Origin: an uncultured Chloroflexia bacterium
GTDB lineage: Bacteria > Chloroflexota > Dehalococcoidia > GIF9 > UBA5629
Assembly (NCBI GenBank): GCA_963827985.1
Contig: CAWHDI010000023.1
Location: forward strand, 26-64,025
DNA length: 64,000 nt
Direction of reading: 5' to 3'
The notes under the pieces are model-generated. The model did not search any database. It was given only the letters and a program-made list of their open reading frames with translations, and was not told where the DNA came from. Shown here one piece after another: positions 21,031 to 31,670 of the stretch; the stretch's first letter is position 1; each line of letters starts with the position of its first letter. A program made the translations under genes and the position numbers.

Positions 21031-22479
21031 TCAATTATTGGCAGCTCCTTTCATTATTAATTTTGGTGTGGCCTGTTCAGGTTTATAGGTCATCTTGCTG
21101 ACAATCCACATCAGCATCAAGCTGACCGCCAGGCTGATGATAATAGGTTCCAGCCAGGGGATCTCGATAAATTGTTTTATGGCGTAAAGGGCAACGCACA
21201 CTATTGTGGAAACTATGCTGCTTACGATCGCCCCCTGGCGGGTGGCCTGTTTCCAGAAGAAAGCGGCCATGGACGGGACAAATACAGCCGATACATAAAC
21301 AGCAAAGGCGAGCAGAAGTATATCGAAGATGCCGCGCATGACCAGCGCAAAAACAATGCCGAGCGCACCCACAGCGACGATGACTATTTTAGCCCACAGA
21401 AGCAGTTTTTTTTCACTCGTTTGTGGGCGGGCAGCCTTGATTACATCATTGGCTATGGTTGTGCCGGATATGAGCAACGCGACCGAGGCCGTGCTCATCA
21501 TCACTGCCATCAAGCCGGCAAGGCACAACCCAACAATCCCGGGAGGGAGGAATTTCACTATCATAGCCGGGATCACTGCATCAGTGGAGCCATAGGTGGA
21601 CGCAACTTGGGGCAGCAGGCTGATGCCCAGTATGCCAAGGATCACCACGATAACGGACCAGTAAAGGTAAACCCCGGCTGTTACGAATAGCGAGTTTTTT
21701 ATTACCTTTCCGCTTCTGGCAGCGTTGGCCCTCTGCCAGAGCCCGGGATCGACCATACAGAAGCAGAAATCGATGATCCAGATGGAAATAAGGTAGACGG
21801 GAGATACGCCTCCCACCGTTCCTGCTTGTGTAGATTGCCAGTTACTGACCAGTGTTGCCGTCCCGTCGCCTGCCAGAAGCATCAAAGGCATGATGATGCC
21901 GATGCTGACCAGCATGATTATGCTCTGTATCAGGTCGGTGTAGGCCACGGCAAACAGACCACCCAGCACCGTGTATATAATCATAATGACCCCGGCCAGG
22001 ATAATGGAGGTGGAATAGGTAAGCCCGATCGATTTGCCCACTGCAGTAAATATAAGGCCGATGCCGATTATCTGCCCGCCGAATAAGGCTATCACGGTGA
22101 TGAACATGGCGGCGCCGCAGGCCAAATTGATACCGCTGCCATAGCGTTTATAGAGGGCATCCGGTATGGTCCAGATGCCCAGCTTGCGCAGCCTGCTGGA
22201 AAGTAATCCAAAGACGATCAGCCCGGCGATATAGCCGAACCCGGCCGTCACGAAGATGATGCCCATTTCATAGGCTTTTGCGGCCTTGCCCATGGTGGAG
22301 GCTGCCCCGATGGCTGCTCCTACGAGTGTGCCGATCATGACTACGTAGCCCAGGGATTTACCAGCCAGGGCGTAATCGTCCAGGTTTTTTATCTTCCGCT
22401 GGAACCAGATGCCCACACCTATCATCAAGAGCAGGTAAGCGGCTATCACGCTGATATCGATCCAGCTTATATCCTGCAT
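21031..22479 (-). CDS. Sodium:solute symporter family transporter
   Basis: 482 aa multi-TM; DYALAGKSL, YTVLGGLFAVAYTDLIQ, WQR, AVMMST. Confidence 0.9.
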   Translation of the reverse strand: MQDISWIDISVIAAYLLLMIGVGIWFQRKIKNLDDYALAGKSLGYVVMIGTLVGAAIGAASTMGKAAKAYEMGIIFVTAGFGYIAGLIVFGLLSSRLRKLGIWTIPDALYKRYGSGINLACGAAMFITVIALFGGQIIGIGLIFTAVGKSIGLTYSTSIILAGVIMIIYTVLGGLFAVAYTDLIQSIIMLVSIGIIMPLMLLAGDGTATLVSNWQSTQAGTVGGVSPVYLISIWIIDFCFCMVDPGLWQRANAARSGKVIKNSLFVTAGVYLYWSVIVVILGILGISLLPQVASTYGSTDAVIPAMIVKFLPPGIVGLCLAGLMAVMMSTASVALLISGTTIANDVIKAARPQTSEKKLLLWAKIVIVAVGALGIVFALVMRGIFDILLLAFAVYVSAVFVPSMAAFFWKQATRQGAIVSSIVSTIVCVALYAIKQFIEIPWLEPIIISLAVSLMLMWIVSKMTYKPEQATPKLIMKGAANN

Positions 22480-22509
22480 TTAAGCGCTCCTCCTTTCACT
22501 TTACATCTG

Positions 22510-23701
22510 CTACAGCTTTATAACTACCGTTGGTCCGGTCGCGTATCTTTCAAGGGCAGCCTCGTCAAGTTCCACTCCCCAACCCGGACCATGAGGCACT
22601 CTGACCGTGCCTGCACTGAAATCCAGTGGAGTGATAATCAGGTCATCTTCGTACATCACGTTGCCGAAAAGCTCGGGAGCATGTCCCAGGGAAGAGTAAT
22701 GCGCTGTTGCCAGGTGTATCATCATTGAGTCGGCAATTCCCAGCGTCTGGTTATGTATGACTACTCCCGTCCTTTGGCGAGTCGCATACTTAATAGCTTC
22801 CAGGGCGTTGGTCACTCCTCCGGGGCGCTCTGAATTGATGCCTATTATACGCACGGCCTTCAAGCTCATGAGTGTATTAATGTCTTGCAGTGAGAAGCAT
22901 CCTTCGTGCGACATTAAAGGAGTGTTTACTCTGCACTGAACGTAAGCCATGCCTGAGAAATCGGTGGCGGATACAGGCTGTTCAGCCAGTTCAATATCAA
23001 AAGGTTCTATCGCTTTTATCGCCTCGACTGCATCCTGAGGGCGATATGCTTGATTGTAATCTACTCGTATGCGGGCCTTCTTTCCCAGTCGTTCCCTAAC
23101 GAGCTGCACGATTTCCGTATCGTCTTTCACATTTCTGCCCAATTTCAGACGGATTGTATTGTAGCCGGCCTGCTGCCAGCCGCCCGCCATATCTGCCATT
23201 TCCCGGGCATTCATGAGAGGGACGAGAGCGGCCAGCTCGAGCGAATCAGACTGTTTGCCCCCCATCAGTTCGCAAGCCGGCTTTTTCTTTTGCTTTCCCA
23301 TGAGGTCCCAGCAGGCCATATCCAGTATGCCTTTGGCAGTCTCGCTGCCGCGCAACGTTGTTGTTCATGTGAAGGCGGACTTTCTGGTAATCGAAAGGGC
23401 TCTCTCCGAGGACGTATTTGTATAGAGCTTCCTGCACAGCCAGGATTATCTGTTTGGGGCTGACGCCGGTTTCAGGCCACCAGACGAACTGCTCCCCCAA
23501 CCCGGTATTCCCTGCTTCGTCAGTTAGTTTGCAGATGGCGAAGTCTCCTCCGGGCCAGTCCTCTTCCGCTGCTATCGCCATACCCAGACCCCCGGCATGT
23601 TGCATAGCTTCCCGTACCATTTGCTTGAAGGGAACCTGCAAGGGCGTAAGTTCAATGCCGACGATTTTAGGCTTTTGTTTTGGCATTTTGTTTTTCGACA
23701 T
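22510..23701 (-). CDS. Mandelate racemase/muconate lactonizing enzyme (enolase superfamily), one frameshift near 23350
   Basis: GNTGLGE, DMACWDLMGK, RVDYNQ, AEQP, VPHGPGWGVELDE. Confidence 0.85.
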
Positions 23702-23781
23702 TTGCCCTCCGCTCGCTGCTGACCTTTTGCCGGAATTGCTATATTCTAATCTTTTGCTAATGGTTTTGACTACAGCAACCA

Positions 23782-23810
23782 TTGACGTATTCGGGAGAAA
23801 ACGGTATATT
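23782..23810 (+). promoter_or_regulatory. sigma70-type promoter for the 23855 gene
   Basis: TTGACG-17-TATATT followed by RBS ggagg. Confidence 0.5.
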
Positions 23811-23854
23811 ACGGTAGCTTTGAAACAGCATTAAATGCAGGCGGGAGGATAGCT

Positions 23855-24415
23855 ATGAAGGATGAAAAAACGGTCACTCCCCGTCGGACCTGGAAAACAT
23901 ACCTGTCTGTGTTCATGCCTGTAATTCTGCTGATAGGGTTTGCCATTTTTTTTTCAGGTTCTTCTTCCAGTAGTGATTGCGGATCGGACTCTGATTGCAG
24001 CAGTTCCGGCGCCGACCTCAGCGGGTCGTGTGGGGAACCTGCCAATTTAGATAAGAGCGGGACAATCAGGACGCTGCAATCGCTCAGTCTCAAATCCGGC
24101 TCGACGGACACGCGATGCGGATACGGCGTGAGCTGGAAATACAGCTGGACAAAAGAGAAGAAACCTCCCAAGACTCCCAACGTGAGCATCTCAGTCAGCG
24201 GCCCCAAGTCGAGCTCTTCCAAAGTCAACAGGTCAGATACGGGCGGGTCCGACGGCTGGTCAGGTACCTATAACGTTGCAAGGGGCAGCGTAGGGGGAAA
24301 AGATCCGATCACCGGCACTATAACAGTTACAGCTTCTTTTACACCGGACGTGACGTCGCTTCTTGACTCGGTAAATGTCAGCCTGCACCTTGTATACTCG
24401 CCGCTTAAGAAGTAA
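23855..24415 (+). CDS. Hypothetical membrane-anchored/secreted Ser/Cys/Gly-rich protein
   Basis: 186 aa; RBS; N-terminal hydrophobic helix, SSSSSDCGSDSDCSSSG linker, beta-rich C-terminus. Confidence 0.65.
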   Translation: MKDEKTVTPRRTWKTYLSVFMPVILLIGFAIFFSGSSSSSDCGSDSDCSSSGADLSGSCGEPANLDKSGTIRTLQSLSLKSGSTDTRCGYGVSWKYSWTKEKKPPKTPNVSISVSGPKSSSSKVNRSDTGGSDGWSGTYNVARGSVGGKDPITGTITVTASFTPDVTSLLDSVNVSLHLVYSPLKK

Positions 24416-24448
24416 AACCAGGCCTGCGATTCAACGCAGGCCAGGTTT
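24415..24448. terminator. Bidirectional intrinsic terminator
   Basis: aaacca-ggcctgcg-attcaa-cgcaggcc-aggttt hairpin between convergent genes. Confidence 0.65.
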
Positions 24449-24467
24449 GTAATCTCACGGAATACGC

Positions 24468-25180
24468 TTAGAATTGGAATTTCCTGGGTGGCCTTCCCTT
24501 ATTTGTTCTAAGTACAATCAATAGCAACTTGTTTATATGGGCAATATATGGCTGTTCACCATTTCTACTTTGCCAGTCCCATAACCATTTATTAAAGGCT
24601 TTAACATCATTGTAATAATCTTCAACTAAATCATATATGATTATATAGTCTCCAGAGCGTAGAATTCTTTGTCGTGCCAGCAATTTCCACTCTTCCCATT
24701 TCAACAAAGGTCCTGTTCTAATTCTAATAGTCCGTTCCTCTCCTTCATCCCTAGTCCATTGCCAATGGTGAGAACCTTCCACGAGGCTAAAATGAAGCAT
24801 GTAATTGCGAAGTCCTTGAATGAGCTGATGGTTTTCGTTTTGCTCAAAACGTTTTTCCTTTGGATTTCTTCGTTATACTCATTTCTGAAAGATGACAGTT
24901 GGGGTACAGAATCAAGCTTGTTGGCTTCATTTCTAGTATGGTCCACCAGAGTCATCGCCCCTGCAGCAAAGTTATGGAGGAGTCGTATTATTTCTTCGAT
25001 AATATAGAAAGAATTTAGATTGGGTTGAGTCTCTATCCACAATGCAGTTGATTCAGGTGATTCGTAGAATATTAATGCTTTCGCTAATTGCTCATAGTTG
25101 CCACAGAACAATCGAAACGTCGGCTCAACTGAGCCGGAGACGGGTGGTAACAATTATGTGTTTATTTCGACAGCGGTCAT
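24468..25180 (-). CDS. HEPN-like (Cthe_2314-type) putative RNase, frameshifted
   Basis: Stitched: ...IIRLLHNFAAGAMTLVDHTR...EIQRK/RFEQNENHQLIQGLRNYMLHFSL...; RNYMLH is an Rx4H motif; ATG at 25180 with gaggagg RBS. Confidence 0.6.
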
Positions 25181-25580
25181 CCTCCTCTTTCTTTGGACTT
25201 TTTCAGCTTTTCAATCGCCTTCCCAACTTTCAGGAATTCGATAAGAGAAAATGTCGCTTTTTGCATTGTTGCAAGGGTAACAAGCTAAAACACAATTGCT
25301 TGGTGAATACAGAGACTTGGCATCTTTTCTATCAACCTCTAAATTAAATCCCCTTTTCCCTTGCCTAAACTGTCTAAGATAATACTGCTGGGTATCCCCC
25401 AGGTAGATGACAATAATGGCATCCGTTTTGCGCTGCTAACTGGGCTTCATACCAGGAATAGAAACTGTCCCGACCGTCTTTCCATTCTGCGCAACAATTA
25501 TTCTTGATGCGTTGATAAACCGAATAAAGATGGCGTCTGTTAATCATCTGTCCTTTCCCCAGTAGTGGCATATATTCCAT
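25177..25580 (-). CDS. HNH endonuclease-like protein, frameshifted
   Basis: Stitched: QNGCHYCHLP...RGFNLEVDRKDAKSLYSPSNCVLACYPCNNAKSDIFSY/EFLKVGKAIEKLKKSKERGG*; two CxxC pairs plus the ..N..C..CN pattern. Confidence 0.7.
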
Positions 25581-25755
25581 ATAATCTATTATAGTCTCAT
25601 TGAATGATTAATAACTTGTCATCCACGTGTGATTACTAGCATGCATGTTAATCACGGAATCGAACCAGCCGGCAAAATCCGTTAGCTACCCATTGGATAT
25701 TTCAACTTTAACCGGATTTGGAACTTAGCGAAAAGGTCAGATTAAATACGAAAGG

Positions 25756-25832
25756 TGGCACGCCTGGAGGGATTCGAACCCACGACCCTTGGTTCCGAAG
25801 ACCAATGCTCTTGTCCACTGAGCTACAGGCGC
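25756..25832 (-). tRNA. tRNA-Arg (TCG)
   Basis: gcgcctgtagctcagtgg...ttggt-cttcgga-accaa...ggttcgaatccc...gcgtgcca; cloverleaf with encoded CCA. Confidence 0.95.
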
Positions 25833-26020
25833 ATAGTACCGGTCTGTTGTTTTTTTATACGTTCCATATTTTACCAAAATTAGGCAATTGGTGATACTTG
25901 GAACGAGTGGCAGTTGTATATGTGGGGGAGGTTGGCCTGCAGAGAGGTAAACAGTCGAATATGGCAACGGAGCCGGGCAATGCAGCTCCGGTTAATAAAG
26001 CATGGCTATGGATCCGTTAT

Positions 26021-27919
26021 TTAGTTTCCTGATCCAAAAGTATTAATCAGCGGCAGAATTTTGCCCTTGTAGCCGGTTTGTCCCTGGTATTTATCCAGGA
26101 TGGCATTGATCTGCTGGCCATACTGGTCAGATTTTAGCCTGGTCCTTGTCCTTCCAGGCCTTTTGCAGCGCCGTCAGGCGGTACAGCTCCTCGGCAGGAT
26201 AGATATCGCTGGTCTTGATATCTTCGAGGATGCTGATCACTTTGTCGTAGTTTTTGGATGAAAGGCGGCCAGCCCGGCAAACAGCTTGTACTCGACATTG
26301 TCAGGTTTCAGGGCGTAAGCCTTCTCGAAATAGCTGGCGTACTTATCAGGCTGTTTGAACGCGAAGGCGTGCCACCCGACAATGAACTGGGCCTGGGGAT
26401 CATCACTGTATTTGGCAGCCAGTGCGGCATAATCTTTCAGGACGTCTGCAGTATCCGGAAGCTGGCGCAGGTCGGCATAGTCCTGGGCGGCCTGTTTCAC
26501 GCCGATGGCCTTGCGGTAAAGTGTCGGCTGTTTGGAGAAATCGTTATCTATATAATAGATATCCCGCCGGCTGGCGTAAGTGGGGTTGAGCGACATGTAC
26601 ATGCCCTTGCCAGTGGGGTCGTACATGATAAAGAGGTCGGAATTCAGGTTGCTGACGGGCCATTTTGTGCCGGACCAGGAATAATCCGTGCCGTCCGGCC
26701 CAGTAATCATCTGCATGGCAGCGATACCATCGTCGATGGTATAGACATCCTTGACCTTGAATGTGGATGCGATCTTCCAGCGGTCACCGTTAGAATCTCC
26801 CCAGGGGACACCGAAACCCATGCTTTTGCTGGCTATCTGCTGCGGATAAAGCTTGGGATCGGTGATATCGTTGAAGACGAAAACCGGGTTGTTGTCTTTC
26901 AGTTCACGCTTGGCTATAGAGGTGGGCGTGATCTCGAAGACAGCTCCTGTGCCGGCCTTCTGGTCACTGAGGGTGACTGTGTAACCGTTGATAGGGAGAT
27001 GCGTGGCGAGGACCTTTTCAGCCTCGGGAATGCTGGAACACTCTTCCAGCAACACACGGGCGGTAAAACCGGAGGGGAACCCGTCGGCGTTGGGGTTATT
27101 GGCACGTGTCATATTATGGGCGAAGGTAATACGCTTGTCGTTCCAGCCCTGGTAGATGCCGCCGATAAGGCCGGCGTAACTGACCTCCGTTACTGCATTG
27201 TATTCCCTGGGCTTTTGACGAGTAATGATCTGGTACATTGAATTCCCCAGCGTGCCGCCCCAATCGTGGTTACGCGCATGGATAACTGTGCCGTTGGCGC
27301 CTTTCAGCAGCACACCGGCGCAGGCCGTGCTGTCATATATCCTGCCGACGTCGTACATCAACGTATAGGTAACAATATCTTCATAGGACAGCCCGCTGCC
27401 CTCGGCAATACCCTTCATCTCGTCTTGATACCGCTGAGGCAACTGCTTGGCCATTTCCTGGGCAGGATCCTTCATGTATTTAAATCCCTCCACAGGATCA
27501 TAGCCGCTGCTCCGCAACTGCAATTCTATGATCTTGCCCCAGATGTCGATGGACTTGTAAATCTCGGGGCGGGCCAGCACACCGTACTGCAGCCCCATCT
27601 CGTAATAGTCTCCGGACACCTCCAGCATGACTGGCACCCCGGTATAGCGGTAGATCACACCATCATGGAAGGTGGATTTTACGCCATTGGTGACAATATC
27701 CTTGCCGTACGTTGTATCTTTGGCCGAATCCACCCAGTACTTGCGGATCAGTTCCCCGGTGTCAACCGAAGCGTACAATTGCTTCGTTTGTGTGGTGATA
27801 GCAGCATCAGCTGCGCTCATTGCGGGCGCCGGGCTGCACCCGGCGGCCAGGCCTATGACCGTAATGATAATGATCAGGGCCGACAGTGCCTTGTAGTAGA
27901 ACCATCCGTGTTTGTACAA
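26021..27919 (-). CDS. Peptidase C45 / Ntn-hydrolase lipoprotein with C-terminal TPR-like region, copy 1 (frameshift near 26250)
   Basis: Lipobox LAAGC; GDYYEMGLQYG, EMKGIAEG, TACAGV (N-terminal nucleophile Cys), HARNHDW, GWNDK. Confidence 0.8.
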
Positions 27920-27957
27920 AGCAAGTTCTCCTATATCTTTCTACCTTATATTAGAGT

Positions 27958-28618
27958 CTATTTTGCGACCGTGGTCTTAACGATCTCTTTAAGCAGATCT
28001 GTGGGATCGCCGAAGGTATAGGTGGTAACGATGATGGTCTTTCCGTCCTTGTTGAAGCCAATGGCATAGGTCCACATGTTATAGGTGCCCATGATATCGC
28101 AGGTGCCGACCATTTCCATGGCGTCAGTCTTGCCGTCAGCCAGCTTGATGGCATTGCTTGATTCAATTTTGATGATAGCGTTGTACGATTTCATGCCCGG
28201 GACATTTTCCCAGGAAGCCTTGAAGTCAGCAGGAATGTCCTTGGCCTCGGGATTGACGAAGGCAGTTACGTGATCAGCAAGAACATTGGTGGTTTTACCG
28301 TAATTAGCTATCTCGGTGCTTACCGTTGCATCTTTGACCCAAATCTTGGGGTATTGGAATGAAAAGCCGTTGGTACTGTCGGTATATGTAGCCGACTCGA
28401 AAGATGTCTTAATGGCAGGGGCGGTGGCAGCGGCAGCCGGTGTAGCATCGGCGGGTTTCTCGACAGGTTTTGCCGGAGTGGTAGCAGGGGCCGCGGCGGC
28501 CGGTTTTTGTTGTTCCGCAGGTTTCGCCGGTGCTGTTGCCGGGCGCGCACGACACGAACATGATTGCCAGGATGAGTACCAGGATTGAAATAACGAGCGA
28601 TACCTTGTAACTTACCAT
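27958..28618 (-). CDS. Lipoprotein with Pro/Ala-rich linker and PsbP/DcrB-like domain, frameshifted
   Basis: aggagg RBS; MVSYKVSLVISILVLILAIMFVSC lipobox; PAKPAE/PATTPAKP linker; YTDSTNGFSFQYPKIW. Confidence 0.6.
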
Positions 28619-28705
28619 TAGAACCTCCTCCAATAATAATATTTAGGTCAACCGTGTCCGCAGTGAACACCATGCATCTTAAGCTCTGTGACAAACGGAA
28701 AATGC

Positions 28706-28756
28706 TCTACCGGTCGACCGATAGAATACTTTAATGCAGAACGGACCGTTTGTCAA
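28706..28756 (-). promoter_or_regulatory. Promoter with two palindromic operator-like boxes
   Basis: TTGACA(28756-28751)-17-TAAAGT(28733-28728); palindromes aacggaccgtt (28740-28750, in spacer) and tctaccggtcgaccgataga (28706-28725, just downstream of the -10). Confidence 0.6.
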
Positions 28757-28791
28757 TAGCTCGAGTGGACCATAATAATTGTTACTTCACA

Positions 28792-28840
28792 TAACAACAG
28801 CAAGGCTCTGCTTTTTACATGCAGAGCCTTGCTGTTGTTA
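28792..28840. terminator. Long hairpin terminator after C45 copy 2
   Basis: taacaacagcaaggctctgc / gcagagccttgctgttgtta perfect 20-bp stem immediately after the stop at 28842. Confidence 0.8.
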
Positions 28841-28841
28841 G

Positions 28842-30749
28842 TTAATTTTGTGTCCCGAGGGCGTTGATAAGAGGTACAATTCTTCCCTTGTAGCCAGCCT
28901 GTCCCTGGTATTTATCCAGTATGACGTTGATCTGCTGCCCGTACTGGTCCGATTTGGCCTGGTCCTTATCCTTCCAGGCTTTTTGCAGCGCCGTCAGTCG
29001 GTACAGCTCCTCAGCAGGGTAGATATCGCTGGTCTTGATGTCTTCCAGGATGCTGATCACCTTGTCATAGTTCCTGGATGACAGGGCAGCCAGCCCGGCA
29101 AACAGCTTGTATTCGACATTGTCCGGCTTCATGCATAGGCCTTCTCGAAATAGCTGGCATATTTATCCGGCTGTTTGAGAGTGAACGCATGGAAGGCCGC
29201 CATGAACTGCGCCTGGGGGTCATCAGTGTATTTGGCTGCCAGGTCGACATAGTCTTATCTGTCCTTGTCGTTATAAATCGGCAATTTCTGGCGGAGGTCG
29301 GCATAGTCCTGCGCAGCCTTTGTCACGCCGATGGCCTTGCGGTAGAGTGTTGGCTGCTTGGAGAAATCATTGTCTATGTAATAGATATCCCCCCTGCTGG
29401 CGTAACTGGTATTGAGGCCCAGATACATACCTTTGCCGTTGGGGTCGTAGGTAATAAAGACGTCGGTCATACAGGTTGCTGATGCCTTGCCTGGTGCCCG
29501 ACCAGGAATAATCGTGCCGTCCGGCCCTGTAATCATCTGCATGGCGTCAATGCCGTCGTCGATGGTATATACATCCTTGACTTTGAAGGTGGAGGCGAGC
29601 CGCCAGCGGTCGCCGTTGGTGTCGCCCCAGGGAACGGAGAAACCCATGCTCTTGCTGGCTGTCTGCTGGGGATACAGATCTGGTCGGTGATATCATTGAA
29701 GACCCAGACCGGGTTATTGTCTTTCAGTTCACGCTTGGCTCAGGCCGTAGGCGTCATTTCGAAGACTGCGCCTGTGCCGGCATGCTGGTCGCTGATGGTG
29801 CATTGAAGCCGTTGACGGGGAGGTGCGTGCTCAGGACCTTTTCAGCCTCGGCAATGGTAGAACATTCTTCCAGTATAATCCAGGCAGTAGCACCGGAAGG
29901 GAAACCATCAGAATTGGGTTTTCTGACTGTCGTGGTATTGTGGGCGAAAGTAATTCCCTTGTCGTTCCAACCCTGGAAAAGGCCGCCCATATTACCGGCC
30001 CAGCCCACTTCTGTTACCGTATTATATCCTTTGGCCTTCTGGCGGACGATATCAGGTATTTGTTATGTTCCTGAGCGCCGCCGTCGCTGCAATCCCTGAC
30101 GCGGGCATGGATGACGGTGCCGTCAGCGCCCTTCAGCAGCACACCGCCGCAGGATGTACTGGCCCAGATCCTTCCGACATCATACATTAGCGAATAGGCT
30201 ATGATCGCTTCCACCGGCAACCCCGTGCCGTCGGCAATGCCCTTCATTTCATCCATAAACCTTTGCGGCAGCTGCTTGGCAAGTTCGACGGCAGGATCCT
30301 TCATATACTTAAATCCATCCACCGGGTCGAGCCCGCCATTGCGTAAGTTCCGCTTCAATGATCTTGCCCCAGGCATCGATAGCCCCATAAATCTCGGGGC
30401 GCATGAGTACTCCGTACTGCAGCCCCATCTCGTAATAGTCGCCCGAAACCTCCAGCATTGGGGGCAGGCCGGGATAACGGTATACCACACCGTCATGGAA
30501 GGTGGATTTTACGCCGTTTATTACTATATCCTTGCCGTACTGCGTATCTTTGGCCGAATCTACCCAGTACTTGCGGATCAGTCCCTTGGTATCTACCGAA
30601 GTATAGAGTTGCTTCGTCTGTGCCGTGATAGCGGCATCAGCCGGACTTGCTGCGGGCGCCGGGCTGCATCCCGCGGCCAGGCCTAATACTGTGATGATAA
30701 GAATGAGGACCGATAAAACTTGGTAACATAACGTTCCGTGCCCGTTCAA
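28842..30749 (-). CDS. Peptidase C45 / Ntn-hydrolase lipoprotein, copy 2 (multiple frameshifts)
   Basis: Paralog of 26021-27919 throughout (LIRKYWVDSAKDT, STFHDGV, TSCGGVLLKG, PWGDTNGDRW, KPDNVEYKLFAGLAA). Confidence 0.8.
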
Positions 30750-30770
30750 AATACATCTCCTTATATTTTA

Positions 30771-31424
30771 TTAAGTTATTTTGTGAGCTTTGTTCCTAGC
30801 TATTCCCTTCAAGATCATGTCTATCTGGATTTTTATATAGTCATCCATCGGACATAAATTGAATATATACCGGCTACGGAGCACCCACATATGGGCGAGC
30901 GTGATAATGCTATTTGCCATGACCTGGGCGTCAGCTATTTTAAATTCACCGTTCTGTGCGCCCCTGCGTAAAATCGCCGCGCAGGTATCCATTTCACTGA
31001 TAGAGTTTGCTTTTATCGCTTGCTGCCATTTGGGGCTGAGGTTAAGGAATTCCTGGTAGATGAACAATGTGGACTCGAAATGTTTTTCGACATCCTTATA
31101 AAACCTGTCTATGTAACCTTTAAGTACTTCTGTTGCGCTGGCATCGGCCAGGCGCGCTTCGACGTTTTTGTATCGTTTATCCGTACTGGCAACTATTCTG
31201 CTCATAATCATGACCAGTATGTCCTGTTTGGAACCGAAATAGTGGTAAATGCCGCCGATACTCATGCCAGTGGCAGCAGCCAGGTCCTGCATGCTGGTCT
31301 TGTTATATCCCTGCCGGTTAAATACTATTAGAGCCTGGTCTGCTATTTCCTTTCTTTTGGTGTCGACCAGGTCAACGTCTTTACTGAATGTGCGAATACC
31401 GTCCTTATTGCGTGTGCGTCTCAT
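30771..31424 (-). CDS. TetR/AcrR family transcriptional regulator
   Basis: FNRQGYNKTSMQDLAAATGMSIGGIYHYFGSKQDIL HTH; likely start MRRTRNK at 31424. Confidence 0.9.
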   Translation of the reverse strand: MRRTRNKDGIRTFSKDVDLVDTKRKEIADQALIVFNRQGYNKTSMQDLAAATGMSIGGIYHYFGSKQDILVMIMSRIVASTDKRYKNVEARLADASATEVLKGYIDRFYKDVEKHFESTLFIYQEFLNLSPKWQQAIKANSISEMDTCAAILRRGAQNGEFKIADAQVMANSIITLAHMWVLRSRYIFNLCPMDDYIKIQIDMILKGIARNKAHKIT

Positions 31425-31451
31425 CCATATACTTCCTGCAGCCCAGAATAA

Positions 31452-31505
31452 GTTGCCGAATCTTGATTCGGCAACAATAATATCGTAGTCCCCCTTTTTT
31501 GTCAA
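31452..31505 (-). promoter_or_regulatory. tetR promoter with overlapping palindromic operator
   Basis: TTGACA(31505-31500)-17-TATTAT(31482-31477); perfect inverted repeat gttgccgaatc-tt-gattcggcaac (31452-31475). Confidence 0.65.
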
Positions 31506-31670
31506 GGGTCTAGGGGGCGTACGGTTCGTCGCAGGTATGGCAGAATGCAAGGTCATCAGGGGCAAGTGTTCGTATGGAGGTAGTATACTATTGGCATGTT
31601 GAGGGTGTTAGTATCTATATCACCTTCACTCATGGGATACTAACCACTAATAATCCAGAAGGAGTCTACA

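Noticed and set aside
25650-25700. tRNA fragment / att site (ggttcgattcc on minus strand) near tRNA-Arg
   Set aside because: T-loop-like 11-mer lacks a pairing T-stem and does not match the tRNA-Arg 3' end.
25737-25967. ORFs overlapping tRNA genes (25737-25967, 32572-32769)
   Set aside because: They are translations of tRNA-Arg and tRNA-His sequence.
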